Made by a program: the position numbers and the translations under genes
Shown: positions 1-9,155 of the stretch, in pieces
Layout of the letters: every line of letters begins with the position of its first letter
How positions within the stretch are numbered: position 1 is the stretch's first letter
Source: an uncultured Lichenihabitans sp.
GTDB lineage: Bacteria > Pseudomonadota > Alphaproteobacteria > Acetobacterales > Acetobacteraceae
Direction: 5' to 3'
Assembly (NCBI GenBank): GCA_964658455.1
Contig: CAZZZA010000001.1
Location: 3,705-67,704, forward strand
DNA length: 64,000 nt
Notes under the pieces: model-generated
Told to the model about the DNA's origin: nothing
The model's input: only the letters and a program-made list of their open reading frames with translations
Database searches by the model: none

Positions 1-430
1 CCACCAGCAGGCGGTGCACCGCCTCGACATTGTCGCGGATCGTCATCGCCGGGAAACGCGGCCCGTGGAACGGCTCCGGCGTGTTGCTCGGCGACGAGGA
101 GCGTCCGTTGCCGAACAATTCGCTGGTGACGAGAAACATCCTGGCGGGATCGAGCGCCTTGCCGGGGCCGATCAGCCAGTCGTAGCCGTGCATGTCGGCC
201 ATGTAGTGCGATGGCAGCAGCACCACGTTGTCGCCCTTCGCGTTCAGCGTGCCCATGGTGCCGTAGACGATGCGCGCCTCCGGCAGCACCGGACCGCCCT
301 CGGTGGCGAAGGCGTGGATGACGAACTCGTGCCGGGTCGGGCCGCCGGTATCCTGCGCCGCCGCTTGCGTTGCGCCGAGCTGGGCGGCGAGCAGCAGCGC
401 CGCGGCGGCCGAGACGATCTGGTCATTCAT
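1..430 (-). CDS. alpha/beta-fold hydrolase, MetX-like (homoserine O-acetyltransferase-like esterase family); N-terminal part only, gene runs off the left edge
   Basis: My own translation of the minus strand from the ATG at 428-430: MNDQIVSAAAALLLAAQLGATQAAAQDTGG...HEFVIHAFATEGGPVLPEARIVYGTMGTLN...LLPSHYMADMHGYDWLIGPGKALD. Signal-peptide-like N-terminus and GC-rich third codon positions. Absent from the ORF track because it is truncated. Confidence 0.5.
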   Translation of the reverse strand, partial: MNDQIVSAAAALLLAAQLGATQAAAQDTGGPTRHEFVIHAFATEGGPVLPEARIVYGTMGTLNAKGDNVVLLPSHYMADMHGYDWLIGPGKALDPARMFLVTSELFGNGRSSSPSNTPEPFHGPRFPAMTIRDNVEAVHRLLV

Positions 431-497
431 CGTGATGCCACCGCGACAAGGATCGACAGGAGGGAAGCCGGTCTCCCGGCTCCGGCGCGCCAGCCAT

Positions 498-2402
498 TCA
501 GCGCGCGGTGCGGTCGATGCCGGCCAGCCCGTCGAACAGGCGGGCCGCATCCATCACGCCGAGGCCGGTGGTCTGGTCGTACCCCGGTTGCGCCAGGTAG
601 CCCCAATTGTCGCCGCTGGCGATGTCGCGCGCCGGCGGCGCGCCCTGCTTCTGCAGCCGGTAGAGCAGCGGGTTGAGCTGGCCGAGGCGGTGGCCGAGTT
701 TCTCCACCAGCAGCGCCGTGGTGCCGGCGAACTGCGGCGCGACGAAACTGGTGCCCCCACGAAAGGCGCGCAGGGTTCCGGACACGACGCTGGTATAGCC
801 GGTATCCGGATCCGCATCCGCCGACAGGTCGGGGATGTTGCGGCCGGCGAAGCCCGCCGGCGCGGTGGTCACCAGCGTGCGGGTGCCGTCGGCGGCGATC
901 TCGTACAGCGCCTGGTTCGGCTGCGTCGTGCGTATGCCGGCGAGGCCGCGCTGGTAGGGCGGCACGCCGAAATGCAGGCTGACCCCGCCGCCGCCGCCGA
1001 CCGCGAAATCGTTCTCGATCGCCTTGGCGACGTCGCCGCCCTGCGCCAGCGCCGCCAGCGGGAAATAGCTCCAGCTCCAGGCCTGTTCCTGGGCGATGTC
1101 GATCCGCAGCCCGCTATAGGTGCCGGCGAACGGCACGGTGGTGCCGCCGGCCGCGGTCACCAGCGGATCGCTGGACGGGTGATGGATCGAATAGAACGGG
1201 GTCGCGACCTGGGTGCTGCCGTCGAACACCGGGTAGTCGAACCTGTTGATCTCGAACGCGCCGTTATCGTCGGCGTCGGTGAACACGGTCTGTCCCTGCG
1301 CCGCCATTTCGAGGAACACGTCGTGGAACGCGTCGAGATAGAATGTCCTGGCCGGGGTGCCGGTGGCATCGTTGGCGTAGAACGCGCTCTCCGCCTTGCC
1401 CCAGGAGCACGACACCACGTCGGCCAGGTTGTCGGAGGCGGCGGCCTCGAACCCGTCGAGGAAGGTGGCGTTGCCGCGGTTCGGCGCCACATAGGCCAGC
1501 ACCCGCGCCTGCGGCGCGATCGCGCCGGATTGCTCCACGTCCAGATCGCTCTCGCTGGGATCGCCGTCGCTGTAGGGCGTTTTCGGATCGGTCCCGCCAT
1601 CGACGTCGATCTTGGTCAGGTGGTCCGCGCCGACCGTGATGCCGTAGCCGGACCAGAATTGCGCCGCGTCGGCTACAGCGAAGTTCGACAGCGTGACGAT
1701 GCCGATCGTGGTGCCGCGTCCGGTGGCGCCGGCGGCGACCAGCGGGGTGACGTCGTAGCGGGCTTCGAAATCCGACGGCGCGTAGTGGCCGACGCTGTTG
1801 CCGGACGCACCGACCGGGCCGGCGGAGCGGGCGGTCGGCGCTTCGCTGACCGCCGTCGGGGCGCCGAGTTCGCCCGAATGCAACGGCTGCAGCGTGTCGT
1901 AGCCGCCGATCCCGCGCAGCAGCGGCGACAGGCTGGACGGGATGGTCGGCGCGGTCAGCGATTCGGTGCCGGTGCGGCCGTCCAGGGTGAAGCGATGCAG
2001 GGCGAGGCCGAAGCTGCGCTGCGCGGTGCCGGCGGTCGCGGTCACCTGCAGCGCCAGGTGGTTGGGAAACACGGTGCCGATCGTGTAGCCGAGTTGCCTG
2101 AGCGTGGCCTCTACCATCGCCAGCTGCGCATCGGTCGGCGCGTAGCGGGCGACGAAGCTCTGAAGGGTTAGGAACCGGTGGAACCGCCGGTCGCCGGGAT
2201 CCTGCAGCGCGCGGTCGAACCGCTCCAGCGCGTCGATGTCGCGCGGCTGCAGATAGACCGTCATCGCCAGGCTGTCGCCGATCGCCACCGGTCCCTGGTC
2301 GCGCGCGGCGGCGGTCGCGGCGTGGCTCGACCCGGGTCCGCCCGGCAGGCAGAGCAGGCAGGCCAGGCACAGAACCGTGCGACCGACGACCATCCGGACC
2401 AT
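498..2402 (-). CDS. secreted S53 (sedolisin/kumamolisin-like) serine peptidase with pro-domain
   Basis: 634-aa ORF with a signal peptide (MVRMVVGRTVLCLACLLCLPGG). The N-terminal part resembles a pro-kumamolisin activation domain (LQPRD..LERF...FLT...F..RYAP). The C-terminal part has the catalytic Ser motif GGTSFVAPQFAG. Confidence 0.85.
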   Translation of the reverse strand: MVRMVVGRTVLCLACLLCLPGGPGSSHAATAAARDQGPVAIGDSLAMTVYLQPRDIDALERFDRALQDPGDRRFHRFLTLQSFVARYAPTDAQLAMVEATLRQLGYTIGTVFPNHLALQVTATAGTAQRSFGLALHRFTLDGRTGTESLTAPTIPSSLSPLLRGIGGYDTLQPLHSGELGAPTAVSEAPTARSAGPVGASGNSVGHYAPSDFEARYDVTPLVAAGATGRGTTIGIVTLSNFAVADAAQFWSGYGITVGADHLTKIDVDGGTDPKTPYSDGDPSESDLDVEQSGAIAPQARVLAYVAPNRGNATFLDGFEAAASDNLADVVSCSWGKAESAFYANDATGTPARTFYLDAFHDVFLEMAAQGQTVFTDADDNGAFEINRFDYPVFDGSTQVATPFYSIHHPSSDPLVTAAGGTTVPFAGTYSGLRIDIAQEQAWSWSYFPLAALAQGGDVAKAIENDFAVGGGGGVSLHFGVPPYQRGLAGIRTTQPNQALYEIAADGTRTLVTTAPAGFAGRNIPDLSADADPDTGYTSVVSGTLRAFRGGTSFVAPQFAGTTALLVEKLGHRLGQLNPLLYRLQKQGAPPARDIASGDNWGYLAQPGYDQTTGLGVMDAARLFDGLAGIDRTAR

Positions 2403-2429
2403 CGCGGAACCCTCATGCGGCGGCGACAG

Positions 2430-2996
2430 TCAGCCGGTCCGGCGCCGGGCGGTCAATGCCGTTTTTCTGGACAGCGCCGCCCGCCGCAGCGCATCGAGCC
2501 AGTCCTGGTCGGTCCCGGTGAGCGCCTGCCGCGAGATCAGCCAGGCGACCGGCCAGCCGGAGAGGGACTCGTCGGTCGTGACCAGGGTCGCGCCGTTCGC
2601 CAGCGCGATCAGGCGCCAGCAATGCACCGCCCGGAACACGAGCATCCGTCCGGTCCAGGCGAGGCGTTCCCGCGGCACCAGCAGGGCGATCCTGGAATGG
2701 ATGGTGACGTGGCCGGTCGACCAGTCGAACCGTGCGCCTGCGACGGCAGGGCCGTGCGCGGGGAGGAGGATCGATACGCGGTCGATGCCGGGCTGCCAGT
2801 CCGGCCAATGGTCGATATCGCTCAGCAGCGCCCAGACGATCTCCGGCGGGGCGTCGATCACCAGGCTGGCATGAGCGCTCACCGGCGCGGCCGGGTCGAT
2901 CTCGCCGCGCGCCGCCAGCGCCGCATCGTTCGACCGGCCGCAGGCGCCAAGACCTGCCAGCATCACGGCGCATGCGATGGCGCGCGCCGTTCGCAA
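2430..2996 (-). CDS. SRPBCC (polyketide cyclase/dehydrase-like) lipoprotein
   Basis: 188 aa with a lipobox-like N-terminus (MLAGLGAC). The pattern IDAPPEIVWALLSDIDHWPDWQPGI is typical of the SRPBCC fold. Confidence 0.65.
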   Translation of the reverse strand: MRTARAIACAVMLAGLGACGRSNDAALAARGEIDPAAPVSAHASLVIDAPPEIVWALLSDIDHWPDWQPGIDRVSILLPAHGPAVAGARFDWSTGHVTIHSRIALLVPRERLAWTGRMLVFRAVHCWRLIALANGATLVTTDESLSGWPVAWLISRQALTGTDQDWLDALRRAALSRKTALTARRRTG

Positions 2997-3000
2997 TTCC

Positions 3001-3393
3001 TCAGCCCTGGTAGGAGCTGATCTCGATCAGGTTGCCGTCCGGGTCCTGGCAATAGACCGAGGTGATCGGGCCCAGCGCGCCGAGGCGGGCGACCGGGCCT
3101 TCGGTGACGGTCACGCCGCAGGCGCGCAGATGCTCGATCACGTCGTCGCTGGCGACCGCGGTCACGAAACACAGATCCTGGGTGCCGGGCATCGCATCCT
3201 CGGCGGTGACCCAGCCATCCGCGCCGTACGGGCGCAGGTTGATCTTCTGGCCGCCATATTTCAGCGCGCAGCGGCGGTTGCGGCCGTATTCCTCGTGCTC
3301 CATGCCGAGCACCCGCTGATACCAGGACGACGTCTTGGCGACGTCGCGGCAGGTGATGACGAGATGGTCGAGCCGGTCGACGGTGAAGCGCAT
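3001..3393 (-). CDS. VOC/glyoxalase-family protein
   Basis: 130 aa. LDHLVITCRDVAKTSSWYQRVLGM...DLCF...DPDGNLIEI is typical of the glyoxalase/bleomycin-resistance/dioxygenase fold. Confidence 0.8.
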   Translation of the reverse strand: MRFTVDRLDHLVITCRDVAKTSSWYQRVLGMEHEEYGRNRRCALKYGGQKINLRPYGADGWVTAEDAMPGTQDLCFVTAVASDDVIEHLRACGVTVTEGPVARLGALGPITSVYCQDPDGNLIEISSYQG

Positions 3394-3397
3394 GGGA

Positions 3398-5059
3398 TCA
3401 GGTCAGCCCGTCGTAGAAATCGTTGCCCTTGTCGTCGATGACGATGAAGGCAGGGAAGTTCTCGACCTCGATCCGCCAGACCGCCTCCATGCCGAGTTCG
3501 GGATATTCCAGCGTCTCGACCTTGCGGATGCAGTCCTGCGCCAGCCTGGCGGCCGGGCCGCCGACTGAGCCGAGATAGAAGCCGCCATATTTCTGGCAGG
3601 CATCGCGGACCGCGCGGGCGCGGTTGCCCTTGGCCAGCATCACGAACGAGCCGCCCGCCGCCTGCAGCATGTCGACATAGCTGTCCATGCGGCCGGCGGT
3701 GGTCGGGCCGAACGAGCCGGTCGGCATGCCGTCGGGGGTCTTGGCCGGCCCGGCATAGTAGACCGGGTGGTTCTTGAGGTAGTCCGGCAGGCCCTCGCCG
3801 CGATCGAGCCGCTCGCGGAACTTGGCGTGGGCGATGTCGCGCGCCACCACGACGGTGCCGGTCAGCGACAGGCGGGTCTTGACCGGATAGCGCGACAGCA
3901 GCTGGCGTATCTCCCACATCGGCCGGTCGAGATCGACCTGCACCGTCTCGCCGCCGAGGATCGCGTCGGTGGCGTCGGGCAGATACTGCGCCGGATCGGT
4001 CTCGAGCTGTTCGAGGAAGATGCCGTCCGGCGTGATCTTGGCCTTGATCTGGCGGTCGGCGGAACAGGACACGCCGATCCCCACCGGCAGCGACGCGCCA
4101 TGGCGCGGCAGGCGCACCACGCGCACGTCGTGGCAGAAATACTTGCCGCCGAACTGCGCGCCGATGCCCAGCGACTGGGTCAGCTTGTGCACCGCCTGCT
4201 CGAGCGCCACGTCGCGGAACGCATGGCCGAGCGCGCTGCCCTCGGTCGGCAGCGTGTCGAGATACTTGGTCGATGCCAGCTTGACGGTCTTGAGCGCGAG
4301 TTCCGCCGAGGTGCCGCCGATCGCGATCGCCAGGTGGTAGGGCGGACAGGCCGAGGTGCCCAGCGCGCGGATCTTGCCGCCCAGCCATTCCAGCAGCTTT
4401 TCCTCGCTCGCCAGCAGCGCGCGGGTTTCCTGGAACAGGAAGGTCTTGTTGGCCGAGCCACCGCCCTTGGCGATGAACATCAGGTGAAACTCGTCGGCAT
4501 GGTGCTCGCCCGGCGCCGCGGCGATGTCGAACTGCACCGGCAGGTTGGTGCCGGTATTGACCTCGTCGAACATGGTCAGCGGCGCCATCTGCGAGTAGCG
4601 CAGGTTGGTCTCGGTGTAGGTGCGGTAGACGCCGTGCGACAGCGCCGCCTCCTCGTCGCCCTCGACCCAGACCCGCTGGCCCTTCTTGCCGAACACGATC
4701 GCGGTGCCGGTATCCTGGCACATCGGCAGCACGCCGCCGGCCGAGATCGACGCGTTCTTCAGCAGGTCCAGCGCCACGAAGCGGTCGTTGGCAGAGGATT
4801 CCGGATCGGTCAGGATATGACGCAGCTGCGCCAGGTGCGCCGGACGCAGCAGATGCGACACATCCCGGAACGCGGCGGCGGCGAGATCGGACAGCGCCTG
4901 GGGCGCGATGCGCAGCACGGTGCGCCCGTCGCACTGCGAGACCGTGACGCCGTCGATCTGCAGCTTGCGCCAGGGCGTCTGGTCCGGCCCGAGCGGGAAC
5001 ATCGGCCCGTAGGCGAACGGCTTGACGGGCGGACGAGGAGTCGGCGGCAAGGCGTTCAT
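3398..5059 (-). CDS. fumA: class I (Fe-S) fumarate hydratase
   Basis: 553 aa with [20 protein letters not shown] and a C-terminal beta-subunit-like region (YYAGPAKTP...[11 protein letters not shown]). The alternate-frame ORF 3261..5270 is spurious. Confidence 0.9.
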   Translation of the reverse strand: MNALPPTPRPPVKPFAYGPMFPLGPDQTPWRKLQIDGVTVSQCDGRTVLRIAPQALSDLAAAAFRDVSHLLRPAHLAQLRHILTDPESSANDRFVALDLLKNASISAGGVLPMCQDTGTAIVFGKKGQRVWVEGDEEAALSHGVYRTYTETNLRYSQMAPLTMFDEVNTGTNLPVQFDIAAAPGEHHADEFHLMFIAKGGGSANKTFLFQETRALLASEEKLLEWLGGKIRALGTSACPPYHLAIAIGGTSAELALKTVKLASTKYLDTLPTEGSALGHAFRDVALEQAVHKLTQSLGIGAQFGGKYFCHDVRVVRLPRHGASLPVGIGVSCSADRQIKAKITPDGIFLEQLETDPAQYLPDATDAILGGETVQVDLDRPMWEIRQLLSRYPVKTRLSLTGTVVVARDIAHAKFRERLDRGEGLPDYLKNHPVYYAGPAKTPDGMPTGSFGPTTAGRMDSYVDMLQAAGGSFVMLAKGNRARAVRDACQKYGGFYLGSVGGPAARLAQDCIRKVETLEYPELGMEAVWRIEVENFPAFIVIDDKGNDFYDGLT

Positions 5060-5091
5060 CGCGGCGTTCCGTTCGGCTCGGGGCGGCGGGG

Positions 5092-5661
5092 TCAGCTCGG
5101 GTTGGAGCGCTTGCGGAACGCGTCCAGGCTGACGACCTGCGGCGTCGGATCGGGCTTGGGTCCGTCCTCGTCGGCGGCCGTCGCCTCGGGCTGCGGTGGC
5201 GGCTGCGCCGCTTCCGGCGCCGGCTCGGCATGGGCGGTGTCGGCGGTGAAGCGCAGCGCCAGCCGCACATGCGGATCGGCGAAGCCGGTGATGGCGCGCA
5301 GCGGCACCGCGAGCGTGGTCGGCACGCTGCCGAACGACAGCCCGACGGTCAGCAGATCGGCGTCCTCGTCGACCTTGAGGTCCCAGAACTGGTGCTGCAG
5401 CACGATGGTCATCTCGCTGGGATACTGCGCGAGCATGCGCTTCGGCACCACGGTCAGCGGATCGTCGGTGCGGAAGGTGATGTAGAAATGGTGGCCCTCC
5501 GGCAGGCCCTCGGTGGCGGCATGGTTCAGCGCCCGTACCATGACCTGCTTGTAGGCCTGTTCGATCCAGCGGTCATACGGAAGCAGGCTTTCGGCCATCA
5601 GCCCGTCATTCTCGTCGGAGATCCCGCCGACATCGTCCTCGGCCATGCTCGGCACCCTCAT
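5092..5661 (-). CDS. sspB: SspB-family ClpXP adaptor (alpha-proteobacterial type)
   Basis: 189 aa with [17 protein letters not shown]...HHFYITFRT...[25 protein letters not shown] and an acidic/Pro-rich tail. The start may instead be the ATG at 5646 (MAEDD). Confidence 0.75.
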   Translation of the reverse strand: MRVPSMAEDDVGGISDENDGLMAESLLPYDRWIEQAYKQVMVRALNHAATEGLPEGHHFYITFRTDDPLTVVPKRMLAQYPSEMTIVLQHQFWDLKVDEDADLLTVGLSFGSVPTTLAVPLRAITGFADPHVRLALRFTADTAHAEPAPEAAQPPPQPEATAADEDGPKPDPTPQVVSLDAFRKRSNPS

Positions 5662-5699
5662 CCCACCTGTCCGGCCAAGCCATGCGACAATCGCCGTCC

Positions 5700-6050
5700 G
5701 GCCGCAACCCGTCGCCGTCCCGCCCGAGCCCTGTCCGAAATGCCCGGGTCCGGACCGGCGCGCCGTCTCGAGTGGGGGGGCTTCTGTTGCCCGGTGCCCC
5801 CCCGAACCGCGCTTATCGCTTATGCAGCGACAGCGAGCGCCTCATGGTTATCATTGGCACTTGTGATATGACCCGATAACGGCGGTATCATGCCGGGCAA
5901 AAGGTAGGTCTTTACCACGCGTGTCGAGCCTGTTTCGTCCCCGCATCGCCCCCTGGGGAGCTGGTGGAGACGCCGGGCACTGCCCCCGGGTCCACAACGT
6001 TTATTCCACGTACCGTTTATCGCCATAGCCGAGGTTGCCCTCTTGCACCG
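5700..6050 (-). ncRNA. ssrA: tmRNA (ssrA), circularly permuted two-piece alpha-proteobacterial type. Acceptor piece about 5962-6045, 19-nt spacer 5943-5961, coding piece from 5942 down to about 5700. Outer ends are approximate.
   Basis: The minus strand reads GGGGACGAAACAGGCUCGAC from 5942. A tag reading frame GCC AAU GAU AAC CAU GAG GCG CUC GCU GUC GCU GCA UAA (ANDNHEALAVAA stop) ends at 5820. Upstream lies ...GGACCCGGGGGCAGUGCCCGGCGUCUCCACCA, ending at 5962. Its CGUCUCC strand pairs with GGGGACG and includes a G3-U wobble (alanine identity). The order, acceptor 3' half before the 5' end, defines the permuted form. Confidence 0.8.
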
Positions 6051-6106
6051 CCAGATATAGGTGACGGCAGGGGTCGCGTCCAGTGCGGTCGCCCGGGAGA
6101 AGGCCG

Positions 6107-7072
6107 ATGCAGAATCTGACCGAGAGCCAGCTCCAGGAGATCGCAGAAAGCCGCGCCGCCGCCAACGTGACCCGACGCGCCGTCAGCGAGGGGCTCGAGG
6201 CGCTGCTGTTCGAGCCGGTGCCGGTGCTCGACAAGGGTTTCGTTAGGGTCGTCGACTACATGGGAGACGATGCCGCCGTGGTGCAGGGCGCGCGGGTGTC
6301 GTACGGCCGCGGCACCCGGGCGGTCCAGGGCGATCGCGGGCTGATCCGCTACCTGATGCGCCACCGTCACACCACGCCGTTCGAGCTGTGCGAGATAAAG
6401 CTGCATGTGCGCGCGCCGATCTTCGTGACCCGGCAATGGTTCCGGCACCGGACCGCCTCGATCAACGAGTATTCGGCGCGCTATTCGGTGCTGGAACGCG
6501 AGTTCTACATCCCCGATGCCGGCGACGTCGCGGCGCAGTCGGCCTCGAACCGGCAGGGACGCGGCGAGGCGATGGCGCCGGGCGACGCCGCCAGGGTGGT
6601 CGAGATGCTGCGCGACGACGCCGCGCGCTGCTACGACAACTATCTGTGGATGCTCAACGAGGCCGAGGATGGCGGCAAGCGGGACGAGACCCGTCCGGCG
6701 GTGGCGCGCGAGCTGGCGCGGATCAACCTGCCGGTCGGCATCTACACCCAGTTCTACTGGAAGGTGAATCTCTGGAACCTGCTGCGCTTCCTCAGCCTGC
6801 GCGCCGATGCGCACGCCCAGGCCGAGATCCGCGCCTACGCGGTGGCGATCGGCGACATGGTGCAGGCCTGGGTGCCCGACGTGCACCAGGCGTTCGCAGA
6901 CTACGTGATGAACGCGAGCACCCTTTCCGGCCAGGCGACGGCGCTGCTGCGGGCGGCGCTGGCCACGCCCGGCCCGCTCGATCCGGCGGCGTTCGGCCTG
7001 TCCGGCCGGGAGCTGCGCGAACTCGTCGAGGCGATGCCGGAACTCGAGCACCGCCTCCCCGTGAAAGGCTGA
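6107..7072 (+). CDS. thyX: flavin-dependent thymidylate synthase
   Basis: ThyX signature RHRTASINEYSARYS. The ORF opens at 6083, but the ATG at 6107 (MQNLTES) is the more likely start. Confidence 0.9.
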   Translation: MQNLTESQLQEIAESRAAANVTRRAVSEGLEALLFEPVPVLDKGFVRVVDYMGDDAAVVQGARVSYGRGTRAVQGDRGLIRYLMRHRHTTPFELCEIKLHVRAPIFVTRQWFRHRTASINEYSARYSVLEREFYIPDAGDVAAQSASNRQGRGEAMAPGDAARVVEMLRDDAARCYDNYLWMLNEAEDGGKRDETRPAVARELARINLPVGIYTQFYWKVNLWNLLRFLSLRADAHAQAEIRAYAVAIGDMVQAWVPDVHQAFADYVMNASTLSGQATALLRAALATPGPLDPAAFGLSGRELRELVEAMPELEHRLPVKG

Positions 7073-7076
7073 GCCG

Positions 7077-7250
7077 ATGTCCGAGCCGCAGAAGCCGAGC
7101 CAGCTGCCGAGCCTACTGCCGTTCGTGGTGATCGCGCTGGTGCTGGCGGCGATCTATGGCGGAGTGCTGCTGTTCCCGGTGATCAAGGGCTACATGGTCA
7201 GGCAGGACTGCATCGCCACCGGCCAGACCAACTGCGCCGATCGCCCGTAG
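7077..7250 (+). CDS. small (57-aa) single-pass membrane protein, hypothetical
   Basis: My own translation: MSEPQKPSQLPSLLPFVVIALVLAAIYGGVLLFPVIKGYMVRQDCIATGQTNCADRP. It starts 5 nt after the thyX stop and has GC-rich third positions. It falls below the ORF-track length cutoff. Confidence 0.4.
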   Translation: MSEPQKPSQLPSLLPFVVIALVLAAIYGGVLLFPVIKGYMVRQDCIATGQTNCADRP

Positions 7251-7260
7251 CCGCCGGGGT

Positions 7261-8238
7261 CTAGACCGAGCCCGGGTTCGGGCTCGCGGTTGGGGCCTGC
7301 TCCAGGGTGCGCCTGGCGAGCGCGATCGCGCCGTCGCGGGTTCGGGCGGCGGCGACGAAGCGGCGCAGATGCACGAACACCGCATCCGCCACCCCGGTGA
7401 CGCGCGCGAGATCGGCTTCCGGCAGCCCCGCCCAGGCCGCCGGCAGCGGCAGCTTCTGGTCGAACGAGCCGGGTTCCGGCGGCACGGTGTCGAGCATCCA
7501 GTTGCCGTTCGAGGCCGGCGAGACCGTCAGCAGCACCGGCAGCGCATGGCCGAGCACCACGTTCTTCCAGGGCATGCCGCGCTCCAGCACCAGCAGACGC
7601 GGGTCGGCGGCGTCGCGATGCGCCGCCAGCACTTCCGCCTCGGCGGCGAGCCGGGCGCGCAGCCCGGCGATGCGACGGCGCAGCACGCCATCGGCGAAGG
7701 CGGCTGCCTGCAGGAACGCCGCGTCGCCGGCGCCGGCCCCCTGCGAGGCCGGATCGTCCCAGCCGGGATTGAATTCGCCGATCAGGCTGGCGAGCCCCAG
7801 CGCGTCGCGTCGCGGCGGGCCGTCGGCGCCGATCCCGTTATCGATCTCGTCGATGCGGCGGATCATGCCGTCATCGATCTCCCCGGCGATCCGCCCGGCG
7901 AGCGCCTGCTCCGACGCCGGCAGCAGCGCGGCGACGGCGCTGGCGCCGTACTTGTCCCAGATCAGGCCGGCCGACGAGAACGGCGTGCCGTCCGCCCGCA
8001 GCGGCGCGCCGCGCTGGTGGTGGTCGAACCGGTCGGCGTCGCGGTCGAAGCGGCCGCCGACGTCGAACACGATGTCGCCGGCCGCGATCGGCCCGGCCTC
8101 GCGGGTGCGCAGCAGCGTATGGTCGGCCCCCGGCGCCTCGAGGCCGAGCGCCAGCCGCAGCACCGTATAGGCGACCACCTCGTCGCAATGGAACTTGCCG
8201 CCATGGGTGACGAGAACGGGGCGCGGCTGATCGGTCAT
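7261..8238 (-). CDS. MYG1-family (UPF0160) metal-dependent hydrolase
   Basis: 325 aa. The N-terminal THGGKFHCDEVVAYTVL and FDVGG.FD....FDHHQR are hallmarks of MYG1. Confidence 0.8.
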   Translation of the reverse strand: MTDQPRPVLVTHGGKFHCDEVVAYTVLRLALGLEAPGADHTLLRTREAGPIAAGDIVFDVGGRFDRDADRFDHHQRGAPLRADGTPFSSAGLIWDKYGASAVAALLPASEQALAGRIAGEIDDGMIRRIDEIDNGIGADGPPRRDALGLASLIGEFNPGWDDPASQGAGAGDAAFLQAAAFADGVLRRRIAGLRARLAAEAEVLAAHRDAADPRLLVLERGMPWKNVVLGHALPVLLTVSPASNGNWMLDTVPPEPGSFDQKLPLPAAWAGLPEADLARVTGVADAVFVHLRRFVAAARTRDGAIALARRTLEQAPTASPNPGSV

Positions 8239-8471
8239 GGGCCAGGGTTCCGGTTACGATTGGCGCGCTTTACAGCATACGGCGCGCCCGGTTGATACCG
8301 TGGCGATCCGCCGAAACCGCCGTCAGGACGGCGCGATTTGCGGAACCGGGCGAATCGCGCTAGCAGGGAACAACTTCCGACGGGTCGACAGGCCTGTCGC
8401 GGATCCCAAGCATCGCCCGGCTCAGACGGTCCGGCGGCGGCGATCCGCCCGTCTCTGCGACAGGATATGTC

Positions 8472-9155
8472 TTGAATCAGAAACTCTCGTTGAATTCCCC
8501 CGTGGATTCGTCGGACGACGCGCTCACCCCATCGGACGATGCGGTGCGCCAGGCCTTGTTGCGGATGGGAGCCGGTGGCGGCGGCCAGCATCAGGGCCAG
8601 GGCAACCATTCCCGGCGTGGCGGCGAGCAGGCCTCCGCCGCCTCGGCCTCGCCGGACGCCCGACGCCGCCGCTTCAGCCAGAACGAGCATGTGCCGGTCG
8701 AATACGTGTCCCGCGAGCGCGCGGCCGGGCGTCACGAGGGCGTCCGCCACGACCAGGGGCGGCACGATGCGGCGGATTCCGCCGCCGACGAGCGCACCGC
8801 CCTGCTCGAGCGTGAGCTCGAGCGCGAGAAACAGGCGCGGTCCGCGGCCGAGCGCGGTCTGGCCGAGGTCAAGACCGCCCTGCAGCACGCCCAGACCCGG
8901 CTGGCGCATCTCGAGATCGACCTGACCGAGGCGCGGGCGCAGCGCCAGGCGATGCTGGCGCTGGCGCAGCAGCCGGAACCGGCCCCTGCCGCTTCCCCCG
9001 CCACGCTGTCCGCGCCGGCCGACGAGCAGCCGGACGATGCCTTCAAGGATCTGCCCCCGGTCAAGCGCGGCCGCGGCCGGCCGCGGCTGTCGTCGGCGCG
9101 TCCGGCGACATCGGAGCCGGAGCCGGAGCCGGTGAAATGGTGGATCGGCGACTGA
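8472..9155 (+). CDS. hypothetical protein with coiled-coil segment and AT-hook-like C-terminus
   Basis: 227 aa. Low-complexity N-terminal half, heptad-like LLERELEREKQARSAAERGLAEVKTALQHAQTRLAHLEIDLTEARAQ, then PVKRGRGRPR near the C-terminus. No enzymatic motif recognised. Confidence 0.5.
   Translation: MNQKLSLNSPVDSSDDALTPSDDAVRQALLRMGAGGGGQHQGQGNHSRRGGEQASAASASPDARRRRFSQNEHVPVEYVSRERAAGRHEGVRHDQGRHDAADSAADERTALLERELEREKQARSAAERGLAEVKTALQHAQTRLAHLEIDLTEARAQRQAMLALAQQPEPAPAASPATLSAPADEQPDDAFKDLPPVKRGRGRPRLSSARPATSEPEPEPVKWWIGD

Noticed and set aside
270-2171. 633-aa plus-strand ORF
   Set aside because: It is antisense to the clearly recognisable S53 peptidase gene. Its composition is dominated by Arg/Ala/Gly/Pro, as expected for stop-free frames in high-GC DNA, and it has no motif.
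3261-5270. 669-aa minus-strand ORF
   Set aside because: It is an alternate frame of the class I fumarase gene. The sequence is low-complexity and Arg/Pro-rich, and the fumarase frame carries all the conserved motifs.
5820-6026. 68-aa minus-strand ORF in the sspB-thyX spacer
   Set aside because: It is not a protein gene. Its last 12 codons are the tmRNA tag reading frame (ANDNHEALAVAA), and the rest runs through tmRNA structural elements.
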